Origin: Octopus vulgaris
Lineage: Eukaryota
Reading direction: 5' to 3'
Assembly (NCBI GenBank): GCA_951406725.2
Contig: OX597831.1
Location: 52,886,001-52,950,000 of the forward strand
Length of the DNA: 64,000 bases
Positions 39,656-54,443 of the stretch are shown piece by piece (position 1 is the first letter of the stretch; each line of letters opens with the position of its first letter). Under the pieces are notes generated by a model, which saw nothing but the letters and a program-made list of their open reading frames with translations, searched no databases and was not told the DNA's origin. The position numbers and the translations under genes are program-made.

Positions 39656-40669
39656 TTTTTATAGAAGAAGAATGAATTTGTACTCTACAAATGTATAGAG
39701 TAACCCATCAGATTAATGTAAAATTGTTTTCATTAAAACTGAACATGAAAAGGAGTGGCTGTGTGGTAAGTAGCTTGCTTACCAACCACACAGTTCCGGG
39801 TTCAGTCCCACTGCGTGGCACCTTGGGAAAGTGTCTTCTACTATAGCCTCAGGCTGACCAATGCCTTGTGAGTGGATTTGGTAGACGGAAACTGAAAGAA
39901 GCCTGTCATATATATATATATATGTATGTATGTGTGTTTGTCCCCCCAACATCACTTGACAACTGATGCTGGTATGTTTACATCCCCGTTACTTAGTGGT
40001 TCGGCAAAAGAGACCGATAGAATAAGTACTAGGCTTACAAAGAATAAGTCCTGGGGTCGATTTGCTCGACTAAAAGGTGGTACTCCAGCATGGCCGCAGT
40101 AAAATGACTGAAACAAGTAAAAGAGTATATCTAAGATATATATTTAATATATATATATGTATAGAGAGAGAGAGAGGCAGATAGACAGAGACGGACACCA
40201 TGTGTATGTGTGTATATAAGTTGTATGCAAATATGTATGTATGTAAGTGGTATGAAAGTATGTATGTATTTGTATGCAAGCATACATATACATATAATAT
40301 TAACAGTAGAAACTCGTTTTGTGAATGGAAATGTTATTCTTGAAACTTCAAATCTAAATACAGGAAGCAGGGGAGATAACTCCTACACTCTCAGCTGATA
40401 CAAATTTTTGCAAAATGAAGACAATGCACAGCGAGAGAGCCTTATCTTCGTCGTCAAATGTAAAAAAAACATCAAATATGTTTTGTTTTTGTTAAATCTC
40501 CTCAGTAAAGCATATTCACTAGCAATTGTTATCACTTAGAATGGTCAGTTTCATCATTATCTTCATTTCATCATTATCAACACCACCACAACAACTTTAT
40601 TACACTACTATCATCAACAACACCACTATCATCATCATCACCATCATCAACAATAATAACAACAGCAGC

Positions 40670-41450
40670 AGCAGATGGTCAACTGGAAAGAGAAAGTCCA
40701 ATACGGAGAGCTTTGCCAGCAAACAGTGGATGAAACCAATGAAGAATCCTGGAGAAAGTTAAGACAAATTTTTTTTAAAGAAGGAAACAGGGCTGATTCT
40801 TGCTGCTCAAAAACAAGCTTTAAATGCACTGACTCAAGAATAAGCTTTATGTACAAACTCAATCAAGTGTAGCATTGATAAGACAGCAGCATCACCATTT
40901 TTTGTAGACTATGTGGAAAATTGTCTGAGACAGACACAATTAGTGGAAGCTCAAAACTAGAGGTAGACAAAAAATACCATGACAAAATAGCAGCGCGAAT
41001 ACACTGGGAGTTGTACAAGAAGTATGGGCTGGAATGATCCATATGAACACCAACTTTTACCTGTAGCAGAGAATGATCAGGTGAGACACATATGGGATAT
41101 GCCAATATATGCAGACAAAAGGCTGCAACATTACAAACCAGATATCACTATCCAGCTGAGAGTCCACAGAATGGACCTGCATCAAGATTGCTATTCCTGC
41201 AAACCAGAATATTGTTAAGACAGAGGATGAGGGTGTCAGGAAGTACCAAGACTTATGATTGGAACCAAAAAAATTCCACGGAGCTTCAAAAGTGAGCGTG
41301 GTACCTATTGTGATCAATGCACTTAGAACTATCTCGAAAAGAGCAATATCCTGGCATCAAAAGCTGCAAATACCAAACTTCTGAGGAGGTATTCAGATAG
41401 CAGCAATACTTGGGACAGCTCGTGGGTTAAGGAATGTGCTGCATCTCTAA
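40670..41450 (+). mobile_element. R4/Dong-like (RLE) non-LTR retrotransposon 3' relic
   Basis: Decayed CRLC zinc knuckle, HDKIAARIHWELYKKY and IWDMPIYADKRLQHYKPDITI (PD-D endonuclease motif). Confidence 0.7.
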
Positions 41451-43059
41451 GCTGCAGAATGGAGCTGAGATGAGACATAGATAAATCAGTTAAGGGAATA
41501 AAATGTATTCCTTTAGATACACTTTGCATCATTACAATTGTATTCATTAATTGCTGCTTAACTCTATAAAGTTCCACTAAAACATAGATATGCAATTAAA
41601 TTGGGATTATTAAATAGCTTTTGAAAGAAGATTCCAGGCTCTATAAACAAACTGAAAGAAAGACTTAATGTATAGAGGTAGTGATAATAGTAACAGTGGT
41701 TTCTTAAAGTGGCATAATGTCACTAGAAATCTGTCAGGAAAGAGCTTAGCTAGTTAGCATTGACCCTAGTATATACCTGGTACTTATTTCAAAGACAATA
41801 ATAATAATCAATCTTTCTAGTTTTGGTATAGAACCAGCAACTTTATTGAGAGGGGGTTAGTTGATTATATCAACTCCAGTACTTGATTGTTATGCTATTT
41901 TATTGACCCAGCAGGGACTAAAGGCTAAGTTGGCTTTGGAAGGATTTGAACTCAGGACATCAAGTGCCAGAAATGGCACTAAACATTTCATCCAGCATGC
42001 TAACAATTCTGCCAGATCGCCATATTATACAAAATTAACAATAATATTATCAAAAAAAATAAGACTATTAATATGTAATAATGAGATGACAAATATAAAA
42101 TAATAATAAAAAAATATAGAAAAATATACCTCACATCAAAAATACAGTCCTGAGGGAAAATAAATTTATCTAAAAATTATGCAATAAAATTATTCAACTC
42201 TCGTGAGTTAGAAAAAGTACAACACACACATACACAAAAAAAGAAGATAAAATATAAAACAAAGTATTTATCCAGCAATTGCATTGATATAACAAAATAT
42301 ACTGATATGAATTTCTGTTCATAATGCTATATATATATTTAATGAAAGAATGAATGAAACAAGATGAACTTCTAACATGAAATTGATCAACAGTTGTTTA
42401 TGATCAACAAACTTAAATTTTTCTGATGGACATTTTAGATTACGTTATAATTTCATTAGTTTTTTGGGTTTTTTTTTTTTCTGTTTCTGGAGCAAATATT
42501 ACATTAATTATGAAAGCTTAAGGAGTTTGGCATCATACAACTTAATGTTGGTTTAAAATTTTGACACAAGGCCAGAAATTTTAAGGGATGGTTAAGTCGA
42601 TTACATTGACCCCAGTGTTCAACTGGTACTTATTTTACTGACCCTGAAAGAATGAATGGCAAAGTGGACCTCAGCAGAATTTGAACACAGAACATAAAGA
42701 CAGACGAAATGCTGCTTTAGCATTTCACTCAGCATACTAAAAAATTCAGCCAGGTCACCACCTTCAACTTACTTAATATCAAAGAAGTTTGCAATTAGCC
42801 AAGTTAGTGAAGTATCATAATCATAGCCATAGGATTGATAGTTCATGTTTTGCTTAGCAGTACCATGCTGTGTCTATGATCTAACTGCTCAGTTCTGCCT
42901 GGCTCTCTACAGTACGTCTGCAAATAGGTCCCACAGCTGCATTTTGGTCAATTCTAAAAGCAACAGAAACATTTTGTTAGCTTGTAGTACTAGGTTCAAC
43001 TCATCTCTAGAACAGATGCAATACTATAAAACTAGTAAAAAATTTCACCATATCTATCA

Positions 43060-43417
43060 ACCAAAAACAGTATAATGAGCAGAATCATTCAAACAATAAC
43101 TCTGAGCACCTTTTCAAACTCCACCCGTCTAACACCCGTGGACAACAACAACAACACTGAACACCTTTTTGATCTCCATGTGTCTAACACACGTGGACAT
43201 GCCTACAAAGTCAGAAAACAATACAGCTCCCATGACTTTCGGAAACATTTTTTCACGCTCAGAGTTGCTGAAGCATGGAATAAACTGCCTGCGTCAGTTG
43301 TTGACTGCCATGACACTGCATCTTTTAAGGCCCTCATGCTTTCCGAAATCCGCCGAAACTACACCTGATTATATATACACTTTAGATGAGTTGTAGTGCA
43401 CCTGAGCACTGTACACA

Positions 43418-43448
<31 letters not shown>

Positions 43449-43770
43449 TTACAAAGTCAGAAAACAGCACAGCTCCCATGACTTTAGGGAACATTTTTTT
43501 ACGCTGAGAGTTGCTGAAGCATGGAACAAACTGCCGGCATCAATTGTTAGTTGTCGGAGCACTGCATCCTTCAAAACTTCCATGCTTTCTGAGATTCACC
43601 AACACTACACCTGATTTTCTCCCATCCATACACACACAAGCATGTATCTGACTCATACATTGTTCGCTTTCCAGACATTTCTACATTACTGCATATACTT
43701 TATATGCACTTTCTGACAAGTTGTGGTGCACCTGAGCACTGTATACAATAATTTCATTATTATTATTATA
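43060..43770 (+). mobile_element. Two tandem CR1/L2-type LINE 3' ends, each with an (ATT)n tail
   Basis: TRGHAYKVRKQ.SSHDFRKHFFTLRVAEAWNKLPASVV, repeated from YKVRKQ onward; each is followed by gtgcacctgagcactgta.acaat(att)n. Confidence 0.85.
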
Positions 43771-44264
43771 AAGTTTCCGTTAATTTTTCTCTTATTTGCC
43801 CATTTTTTTTTTATGAGTTAGGTACATTGTACAAGTTTACAAATCACATTTTAGTGTTTCCTGGAAACACTTTTGTTATGGGTTTTTTGTTTTTGTTTTT
43901 TACAATGAAGCATTACATCCTAAAGTTACTACAAAAACACAGATTCTTATTTCTCATACATACTAATCAAATGGAATCACGAAGTTCCTTTTCATATTCC
44001 AGCTTCCAATATTATTAACCCATTAGCATTTAAACAGGCCATATCAGGCCCAAATATTCTAGTTCTTTTATATTCAAACCAACCAGATTGAGACTCTCAC
44101 GCCTATCCTGTAATGTCATTCTAAAAATAAACAATCACATGATTGAAATCTCAAAGCCATGAGTTAATGCATAATTAATTCAAATCAATGTGAATAAATA
44201 AGCAGAATATTTAACAGAATAATCTGAATGTTAAAGGGTGAAACCATGTGATGGATATTTAAGG

Positions 44265-44670
44265 GAGTGAGACATGGTGTCTGGGGGAAAGCAAAATGGC
44301 AATTTTGAGAAGGATCGAGAGAGCAATGTGTGGTGCGAAACTATTGGCTAAAAGGAGGGCTGAGGACTTGATGGGGATGCTGGGGTTGGAGGAATCAATG
44401 GAACAGCTGACAAGGGTGAATGGAGTGTGGTGGTATGGACATGTGTTGAGGAGGGATGAGGATCATGATCTGAGGAGAGAGCTTGAGTTTAAAGTGAATG
44501 AACCACAAAAGTGAGGTCAGCCAAAGAAAATGTGGAGGAGGAAGTTGGGAGGGTTAGTTTGAGGAGGGAGGATGCCCAAAACTGGGCAAGATGGTGTGAG
44601 AGCAGTTGCTGTAAGAGTGAGGTAGATCGGGCCACCCCTGTTAACAGGGACAAACCCAGATTTAAAATAT
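44265..44670 (+). mobile_element. RTE-type LINE 3' fragment
   Basis: ILRRIERAMCG..WYGHVLRRDEDHDLRRELEF, a typical RTE C-terminal region. Confidence 0.75.
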
Positions 44671-47600
44671 TGGACATCATCAATCAATGCTACAAATCAA
44701 TGAGAATGGTAACATTATTCAAATATTCTGTCTTCTACTTACTTCAGAATGAATGAGTCATGGAAAATTTAAAAGATCAGTGAAGATTGATGTAAATCAA
44801 TGAATGAATAACTAGCAATGAAAATGTTGATGTCAAACTTTCATTTAAGCATCTTTATACAAAATGCCTGATTGCTCACCATTGGATGGTCAAATTAATT
44901 TTCTGATGAATGGTAAATCAAAGTTCTGTTAAAGTTTTGTCAGCTGTATTTTCCTGTATTCCTTTCTAAGTTGAGAGACAATAACTAGTAGTATTCACTG
45001 AGGGATATGGTTACAGCAATAGAATCCACACACTATTTTTTTCTTGTGAAACATTCAACAACTGAATAGTGGAGCTGGTGGCAGAGAGGTGAGCAATTAA
45101 TTGATTTCAAAGTTTGGCACAAGGCCACCAATTTGTGGGGAAGGGGTAAGCCAATTACATCAACCCCAGTGCTCAACTGGTACTTATTTTATTGACCCTG
45201 AAAGGATAAGGCAAACTTGACTGCAACAGAATTTGAACTCAGAACATAAAACTGGACAAAATGCTGTGAAGTATTTTGCCTGATGAACTAACGATTCTGC
45301 AAGCACACTGCCTTTAGGGCGAGTATTTAATTAATAAGGATATTATTTCTTACTCCGATTTTTATACATGCAAATTTAACATATTTCACAATGCTTCAAG
45401 AAAACTTATTTGAGTTTTAGCTGCTTTCTACAGCTGAGTATCTTTAGAAGTTATGAACAAAATCAGCCCTCATAACTACAAACATACAAGTTAACAAAAT
45501 AAATTTTAAAAAGAATGGACAGATACATCAAATAAAATCAATTTAATATTACAAATATAGAACTTTAAGACAGCCTGTTTAAACATTACTGCAACTAGCA
45601 AAAGCTATATCTTGGAATGTGTACATACATAGTAAAGATAATAGGTACAGGATCGACCAGACCTCTAATAATGGTTAAAATTAGTTGAGTTTTATAAAAA
45701 TAAGAATAATATTACTAAAACGTAGCTTTAAATGATTTGTATTCAATTTCAACAACAAACTGATGTCACAACTTCAACTATACACTAATGTTAAAAATTA
45801 CCAATGTAAAGCTGAAAGAAACAGTACCATTTCAACTGGGTACTCAATATGCAATGAGGAATTATGCAATCCAGTTTGAAGTGTTTTTAGATATATGTTT
45901 ACTATTATTTCAAAGTGAACCCTCTGATACAATGGTATTAAATAAAAAAAAAACCAAACTACCTAGGAGATTTCAATTACCATTTTCTAAGAGCTCCTGA
46001 CTTCATTTTCATATAATACTCATGACCTTACAAACCACTGTATACATTAAAAGGCATTGCAACGATACCTACTGTATATCATATAATACAGTGAACATAT
46101 AAACTGAGCTGTAGCTATCATTTTCATTTCTTTTTCTTTCTCTCTCTCTCTCTCTCTCTCTTATTCATCTCATCTACACTTTTGTCTTTAATCTTTTACT
46201 TGTTTCAGTCCTGAGAGTGCAGCCATGCTGGGGCACGCCCTTGAAGAATTTTTAGTCGAATGAACTGACCCCAGTACTTATTATTTTTTTTTTTGAAGCC
46301 TGGTACTTATTCTATCCATCTGTTTTGCCAAACTACTAAGTTATGGGCACATAAACACACCAACACCATTGGTAGGGGACAACACACACACACACACACA
46401 TATATGACAGGTTTCTTTCAGTTTCCATCTGCCAAATCCACTCGTAAGACTTTGGTCGGCCTGAGGCTATAGTAGAAACACTTGCCCAAGGTGCCACACA
46501 GTGGGACTGAACTGGGAACTATGTAGTTGGGAAACAAGCTTCTTACCACACAGCCACATCTTGTTTACATTAAAAAAAAATATATTTATGACCAATGAAA
46601 ATGTTTATGATTTAGATTGTGAGATAAGGTCTGAATTAGCGTAATATCACACACAGTGTGATATATCACATACTAATATTACATATAGTGTGAGTAGCTA
46701 TGGAGCTGCTCTACAGCAGGAAACCTGTTTTGCTCCAGCCTTTTTCTCTCATGCCCATCTCCTATCATGTTTCCCCTCTTGGGGCCTGTAGTCTTGCAAG
46801 CTGCATGTCAACCTCACTATTGCTGGTTGTATGAAAAAAACCACCCAGTACAAGCTATAAAGGGATCATCGTTAGGAAGAATGTCCAGCCATAGGAACCA
46901 TGCTGAAGCAGTCCATAGACTCAGAGGATCCTGTCAATGCCATCCAACCCATGCCAGCATGGAACATGAACATTAAATGATGATGATGATGACAATGAAG
47001 ATACACGTGTCAACAATTTATATATTTAGGCTCGGGAACATAAACTATAGATAATTATAAAATGCTCAAGAGGACCGGTCCGCCACAGCAGAATTAATAC
47101 TGGCGCTGGTGCCACGTTAAAAGCACCTAGTACACTCTATGGAGTGGTTAGCATTAGGAAGGGCATCCAGCCATAGAAACCATGCCAGAACAGACAATGG
47201 AGCCTGGTGCAGCCCCTGACTTTACCAGCTCAAGTCAAACCATCCCGCTCATGCCAGCATGAAAAACGGATGTTAAATGATGATGATTATGATGGTGACC
47301 ATGATAATGGTGATAAAGTGATGAAATTGAACATAAACACTATGGGAAATATTCCGATAATAGCAATATTGATTTTAAAAAAACAAATGGAAGGAAAAGG
47401 AAAGAATACAACAGAAGCGAAAATAAGAGAGAAATTAATAACCATTATCCTATTCTTTATAAGCTAGAAATTGATATTTGGTTTGTTTTCTGATAATTTT
47501 AATTAGACTTATCAGGGGTTTGTTCACAGGTAAGCTGCAGCCTACAAGTAAGACGCTGAGGTGTTCACTGTAGTTTGGCCTCTAACCTTTTCTAAAAACC

Positions 47601-50006
47601 TTTTTCAAATTTAATGTATTTGTTAACCTGTAAGCATTTGATGGCTTTTAATGAATATTTTGCATCACAATTTGTTTAAGGTTTTAATTTTAATTGTCAG
47701 TGATGGGAATGGCAAGAAACATCCTCATCATGATCATCACTTAACATCCACTTTTCCCTGCTTGCATGGGTCGGAAGGAATTTGTTGAAGCAGATTTGCT
47801 ACAGTCAGATGTCCTTCTTGTTGCCAATCCTTACCTGTTTCCAAGCAAGGTAATATTTCTCATGATCATACATTTTTTCCACAGAAGACCGGAAACAAAC
47901 AATATGGCTTGTACAACAATGATGCTTATTTATAGCCATCATAAAACATCAAGACATGCACACATAACTATGACAAGCTTCATTCAGTTTCCTTCAACCT
48001 AAATCTACTCTCAAAGCTTTAAATAGCCCAGGGCTATAACAGAAGACATTTGCCCAAGGTGTTTTGCAATGGTACTGAAACAAAGATCAGATTGTTTGGA
48101 GGTAAACTTCTCAACCAGAGTCACACCTGTATCAATATGTAGGGATATTTTTACGTGTGATATATGATACAATACACATAGAGGCTATGAGCAAATACAA
48201 ACATTTAAAAAAGAAATTCAAGAGGCCCATTACAAGAAGTTACTGATCCCTGTGCTACATAAAGACAGTTAAAAGCTCTATAAAATATGTGTATATATGT
48301 TTAATTAAAAAATTTTTTTGCATAACTCATTAGCATTGAGATTACTCCGTCAAATGTAATGCTTATATATTCACATTGCTTTGAATTAATCATGCATTAT
48401 CTCATATCTTAGAGATTTTGATGATGTAGTTGTTTATTTTTAGAATGACAATGTAAGCTAGGTGTGAGAGGCTAGATCTAGCTGGTATGAACATAAAAAC
48501 AGGTAAAATATTTTGACCAAATATGGCTTGTTTTATATGCTAAAGAGATATAGCTATCAAATAAAATGCAAACTTATTTTACATCCTCAACATTTAAGCA
48601 AAAAAATATATATGAGCTCAGTGTCAGTGGACAAGATATTTATCATTTGAAAGCTCAATCCATTTAGCTAAAGATGAGTTCAACAGAATGGCTTTATTTC
48701 ATGAAGAATGCAGCAGCAAAACAGTTAAATTCACCAGTATTTTGTTAACTAGAAATCTCAAATTCAACTTTTCCTAAAGGAAAAAGTACTTCTTTCTCTT
48801 CTTCAAGGGAGAATAAGAATTAGGCTTTAAGTCATAAAACATCAATGATAACACAAATTAAATGATGAAGACATATCAATTCATCACAGATATAGCTGTG
48901 TAGTTAAGAAGCTTATTTTGCAACCACATGATTTTGAGTTCAATCCCACTGCCTGGGCAAGTATCTTCTACTATAGCCCCAGGTCAACCTTATAAGTGAA
49001 TTTCATATGTGGAAGACTCTCTCTCTCTCTCTCCGTGTTTTCACCCCAAAAAGTCAAGAGGAAAAGGAAAAAAAAAAAGAAAATGTAAGTCCTTCAGTGT
49101 AAATTAAAAATGGAATTTCCTATTTTGTTAACATGTTTCTTATTCTGTCCTACACACACATAATGCCCTCTAGATGGCCATTAATACAAAGTGAAGCAAC
49201 TATCTCCTCACTGTATGATGTGGGATTAGAAATTAAAATTTCAAATCAAGAAATATGAAAAGGATATAAAAAGTTTACATATATAAATATATCTTTTACT
49301 TGTTCATGTCATTAGACTGTGGCCATGCTGGGGCACCGCCTTGAAGGAGTTTTAGTCAAATAAATCATCCTCAGTACTTATTTGTTTTTTAAGCCTGGTA
49401 ATTATTCCATCAATTTCTTTTGCCAAACAGCTAAGTTACAAGGACATAAATACACCAACACCAGTTGTCAAATGGTGACTGTGGTGGGGCAAACACAGAC
49501 ACAAGTATATACATATATTTATATATATATGACAGACAAGCTTCTTTCAGTTTCCATCAATCAAATCCTCTCAGAAGGCTTTGGTTGGCCTGAAGCTATA
49601 GTAGAAGACACTCACCCAAGGCACCACACAGTGGAACTGAACCTGGAACAATGTGATTGGGAAGCAAGCTTCTTACCACACAGCCACACCTTAATTTTAT
49701 ATTATATGGCAAAGTCCTGATATGCATTGAGCAGTGGAAGTATCCTATAATGCCAGAATTCATAATGTAAATGTACTAAAATGAAAATTTTAGTAATCAA
49801 CCAACTTCATCACAAATATACACATTACAACCTTTACCATATATCCTTGTTTGCTTGCCAAGCAAATAAACAGGAGTGGCTGTGTGGTAAGTAGCTTGCT
49901 TACCAACCACATGGTACCTTGGGCAAGTGTCTTCTACTATAGCTTCAGGCCGACCAAAGCCTTGGGAGTGGATTTGGTAGACGGAAACTGAAAGAAGCCC
50001 GTCATA

Positions 50007-50057
<51 letters not shown>

Positions 50058-52315
50058 ATGTTTGTGTGTCTGTGTTTGTCCCCCTAGTATTGTTTGACAA
50101 CCGATGCTGGTGTGTTTATGTCCCCGTCACTTAGCGGTTCGGCAAAAGAGACCAATAGAATAAGTACTGGGCTTACAAAGAATAAGTCCCGGGGTCGAGT
50201 TGCTCGATTAAAGGCGGTGCTCCAGCATGGCCGCAGTCAAATGACTGAAACAAGTAAAAGAGAAAGAGAGAGTTGAACTGTAAGTCAAAGAGTCAATAGA
50301 TCACATTCTAATAACTGTCCATCCTGAGATGAGTGCCTATAGCAAGAAGCATAACACCCACTGACTCAGGTAAAAAAACAGCTTCCGTTCATAGCTACAA
50401 CTCTTAGGAGTAGAAAGAAGCACTTTATAATTAGCAAGTGTTTTGTTAGTTTTTCAACATTAACAAATGCAATTTGCTATATGATCAGCTTCCCACTAAA
50501 TTTATCATCACCACCACCACAACTATAATAAAGTAAGCTTGAGACAAATGAATGTAACTGTTTAAGTTATGTGGAAAATGTTAACCTACATATCTTGTTT
50601 CTAGCCTTTGACTCATTGTGTAATGAATAGGGTACTGAAATCTTGACATATTCAATTCATCCAAGTTTTACAATATTTATCACTAGTGGTTTATGTATAA
50701 ACCTGTAATCCAATCTGGTCCATTTCACCTTTGACATAACAGGATACTATTCTTTTTAGTGCTGTTTTTTTTTTTTTATATTTTTCATCAGCCTACTAAC
50801 ATCTGTTCTTTTTTTTTTCTCTTTCACTTGTTTTTCAGTCATTGGAGTGCAACCAAGCTGAGGCACTACCCTGAGGGGGTTTATCAAACAAAACCCCAGT
50901 ACTTTTTTTTTAAAGTCTGGTTCTTATTCTATCAGTCTCTTTTGCTCCACTGCTAAGTTACAGGGACATAAACAAAACAACGCTGGTTGTCAAGTAGTGG
51001 GGGTACAAATACACACACACACACACACACAACAGGCTTCCACACATTTCTATCTACCAAATTCACTCACAAGGCATTGGTCAGTCCAGGACTATAGTAG
51101 AAAATAATTGCCCAAGGTACCACGCAGTGGGACTGAAACCAAAATGATGTGGTTGCAAAGTGAGCTAAGAAATAAACAGATAAATAAATATAAGAAATGA
51201 TAGGGATACCATGGCTAGTGAACAGAATAAACATCAACGAAAAAATATCTGAAGCAAAATTCTAACTATGAAGGTTTGCATATATTTTGAACACAAAAGG
51301 GTAAAGATACCTTTTGGTCATGAATGACCATAGGATTGCACCTAGAAAGTTACCCTCCAAGGCACAAGTCCACGCAAGGTTGTTTATGGAAGACCAGCAG
51401 TCACCCATGCATACCAGCTTCCCCTTTTCAAATCACTGATATTGTCCAAGAGAAAGGCAAAGGCCAATACAGTTTGGCACCAGTGATGTTGCAACTCATT
51501 TCTACAGTTGAGTAAACTGGAGAAACATGAAGTAAAGTGTCTTGCTCAAGAACACAACACAGCCCAGCCTGGGAATCAAACTCACTACCTTAGGATTATG
51601 AGCCCAACACTCTAACCACTGAGCCATATGCATTCACAAATATGATTCTAATATATAAGGGTTGTGAAAAGGGCAATGAAATTAATGGAGTGCACAACAT
51701 AACTAACCAGTGCTTTAGTTGCTAAAAACATTGAATCCCTGTAGAGTCAGAAATGTGTGTGTGTGTGTAAGAAGCTTAGTTCTTAACCATGTGGTCTCAG
51801 GCTCAATCCTGCTGTATGCCACCTTGGGCAAGGGCCAACCAAAGCTTTGTGGGTGGATTTGGTAAATGGAAACTGGAAGAAGCTTGTCATATGTGTGTGT
51901 GTATGTAAAAAGCTTACTTCTTAACCATGTCATTTCAGATTCAATCCCATTCTATGTCAAGCTTGTCATGTGTGTGTGTGTCTGTATGTTTGTTTGTGTG
52001 AGCTGACATCATGTGATGGTTGTAGACAAGTATCACTTTTATACAAGTGACAATGTTTGTTTCCAGTTTTCCATATAAAACACATCCAGCTGTAGGGAAA
52101 TATTACCTTACTTGGAAACGGGCGAGGGTGGAAACAGGTGACAGAAAGGGCATCCAGCCAGAGAAAATTTGCTTCAAAAACTTCCATCTGTCCCATGCAA
52201 GCATGGAAAAGTGGACATTAGACGATGATGATATCGACATAAATATGTAAATATATAACTATTGAACAAGTGTTCAACACCATATTGGTGGATGAAGATT
52301 CTTTATCTGTTTATG

Positions 52316-52496
52316 AAGGCTACCATTGGTTTCATGTTAAGAAATACCTCAACAATTATCAAGCCTATCTCATGGAACATCAGTGTTTGACTTCATTTTG
52401 GATTAAAACACCAAAATCGAGATAAATGCAAATGTTCCATCTGATAGGCTTGATAATTGTTGAGGTATTCCTTAACATGAAACCAATGGTAGCCTT
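52316..52496. ncRNA. About 65-bp inverted repeat with U3-A8 variant hammerhead motifs on both strands
   Basis: Arms 52316-52380 and 52432-52496. + copy 52446-52495: AGGC-UUGAUAA-U-UGUUGAGG(UAUU)CCUUAACA-U-GAA-ACCAAUGGU-A^GCCU. Confidence 0.6.
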
Positions 52497-52518
52497 AATA
52501 CACAAATAAATATGTATG

Positions 52519-52557
<39 letters not shown>

Positions 52558-54402
52558 GCACACAAAACATCCATTGTCACAGTATGACATTGCTGGACCT
52601 TTGAATTACAATCCATTTTACAGGCTTTCACATTTTCTGTCTGCAAATGATATCTGGCCAAGATGCCATGCAATAGGATTGAACCTGGGGGCATTCATGA
52701 TTCCAGCATGAACTTCTTACCCATTTGGGGAAATATAGCCTTGCTTGGAAATGACTGTAGAAAATCTGCCTCAATAAAGTCCATCTGACCCATGCAAGCT
52801 AAGAAAAGGAGACATTAAGATATGAAATAAATGAACGCACATTTAAATTATATTCCTTCCAACCACAAACTCATACTATAATCCTTTAGCATTTAAACCT
52901 TTCAATACCAACCCAGCTGATACCAGCTCTGGCTCTGTAGTACAAATGTCTTGTTTCCATAAGTTTTTAATTAAAATCTTCCACCAAGCCTCAGTCACAA
53001 TTTATGTTCCTAACACTAGCTTAATGATAACTAAGTTATTTTCCTAAATTGAAAGAAACACAGAGCATCTCAAAAGAAAAACTTTAATGAAAGGGTTAAA
53101 CCAGCCAAATCCAGCTCAAATATACCTGATTTATGTTCTAACCAGCCAGATCCAGCCTATCACACCTACCCTTCAAGGCCATCATAAAATATACAAACAC
53201 ATTATCAAAATTTCAAAGCTACAAAATAATGCATAATTAATTAAAGAAAATTTGAATGAAAAAGTATTACATTTGGCAGAATAATCTGAATACTAAAGGT
53301 TAAATATCACCCTCTCATTCAAGCACACACATAATACTATCTTTTATTTTTTACTCATTTCAGTCACCAGACTACAGCCATGCTGGGGCAGCCTCGAAGA
53401 ATTTTAGTTGAATGAATTAATCTCAGTGCTTGTTTTTTTTTAAAGCCTGGTACTTATTCTATCAGTTTCTTTTGCTGAATTGCTAAATTATAGGGATATA
53501 AACACACCTACATCAGTTAAGCAGTGATGAGAGGACAAAGACAGACACATACACACATATATATGATGGGCTTTTATTAGTCTCATTCTATCAAATCCAC
53601 TCACAAGGCTTTGGTCAACCCAAAGCTACAGTAGAAGACACTTGTCCAAGGTGCCTGCCACACAGTGGAACTAAACCCAAAACCCTTACCACACTGCCAT
53701 ATTTGCACCTATCTTTTTACCTTCTTTGTTTTGCATGCTTAAGTCATTGGACTACAGCCATACCAGGGCACCACATTCAAGGGTTTAGTTGAAAAATCAA
53801 GCCCAATATTTATTTTTTATGGTCTAGTACAGAAGTATCAGACTATAAGCAATACCTCAATCCCAACTACCCTTTTAGGAAAAATAAATAGTTTTACTGA
53901 ACTGCCAAGCTATTCAGGATGCAAAGAAACTAACACCTGTTGTCAAGTAGTAGAAGGGAAGGAAACAAACAGAAAGATACACACGTGTATACCTGTGGCA
54001 TGTAAAAAGCACTTAGCACACTCTGTAAAGTGATTGGTACTAGGAAGGGCATCCAGCTGTAGAAAACTTTCCACAACAGACAATTTGGAGTCTGGACAGC
54101 TCCCTGGCTGGCCCACTCCTTTCAAACCAGGCAACCTACGCCAGCATGGAAAATAAGCATTAAACGATGATGATGATAATATATCGATATGTATTCATTT
54201 ATTCTTTTACTTGTTTCAGTCATTTGATTGCAACCATGCTGGAGTACCACCTTAAGAGGTTTTTAGTTGAAGAAATCAATCCCAGGACTTATACTTAGTA
54301 AGCCTAATACTTACTCTATCAGTCGTTTTTGCCGAACTGCTAAGTTACAGGGATGTAAACATACCGACATCAGTTGTCAAGCAATAATGGGGACACAAAC
54401 AC

Positions 54403-54443
<41 letters not shown>

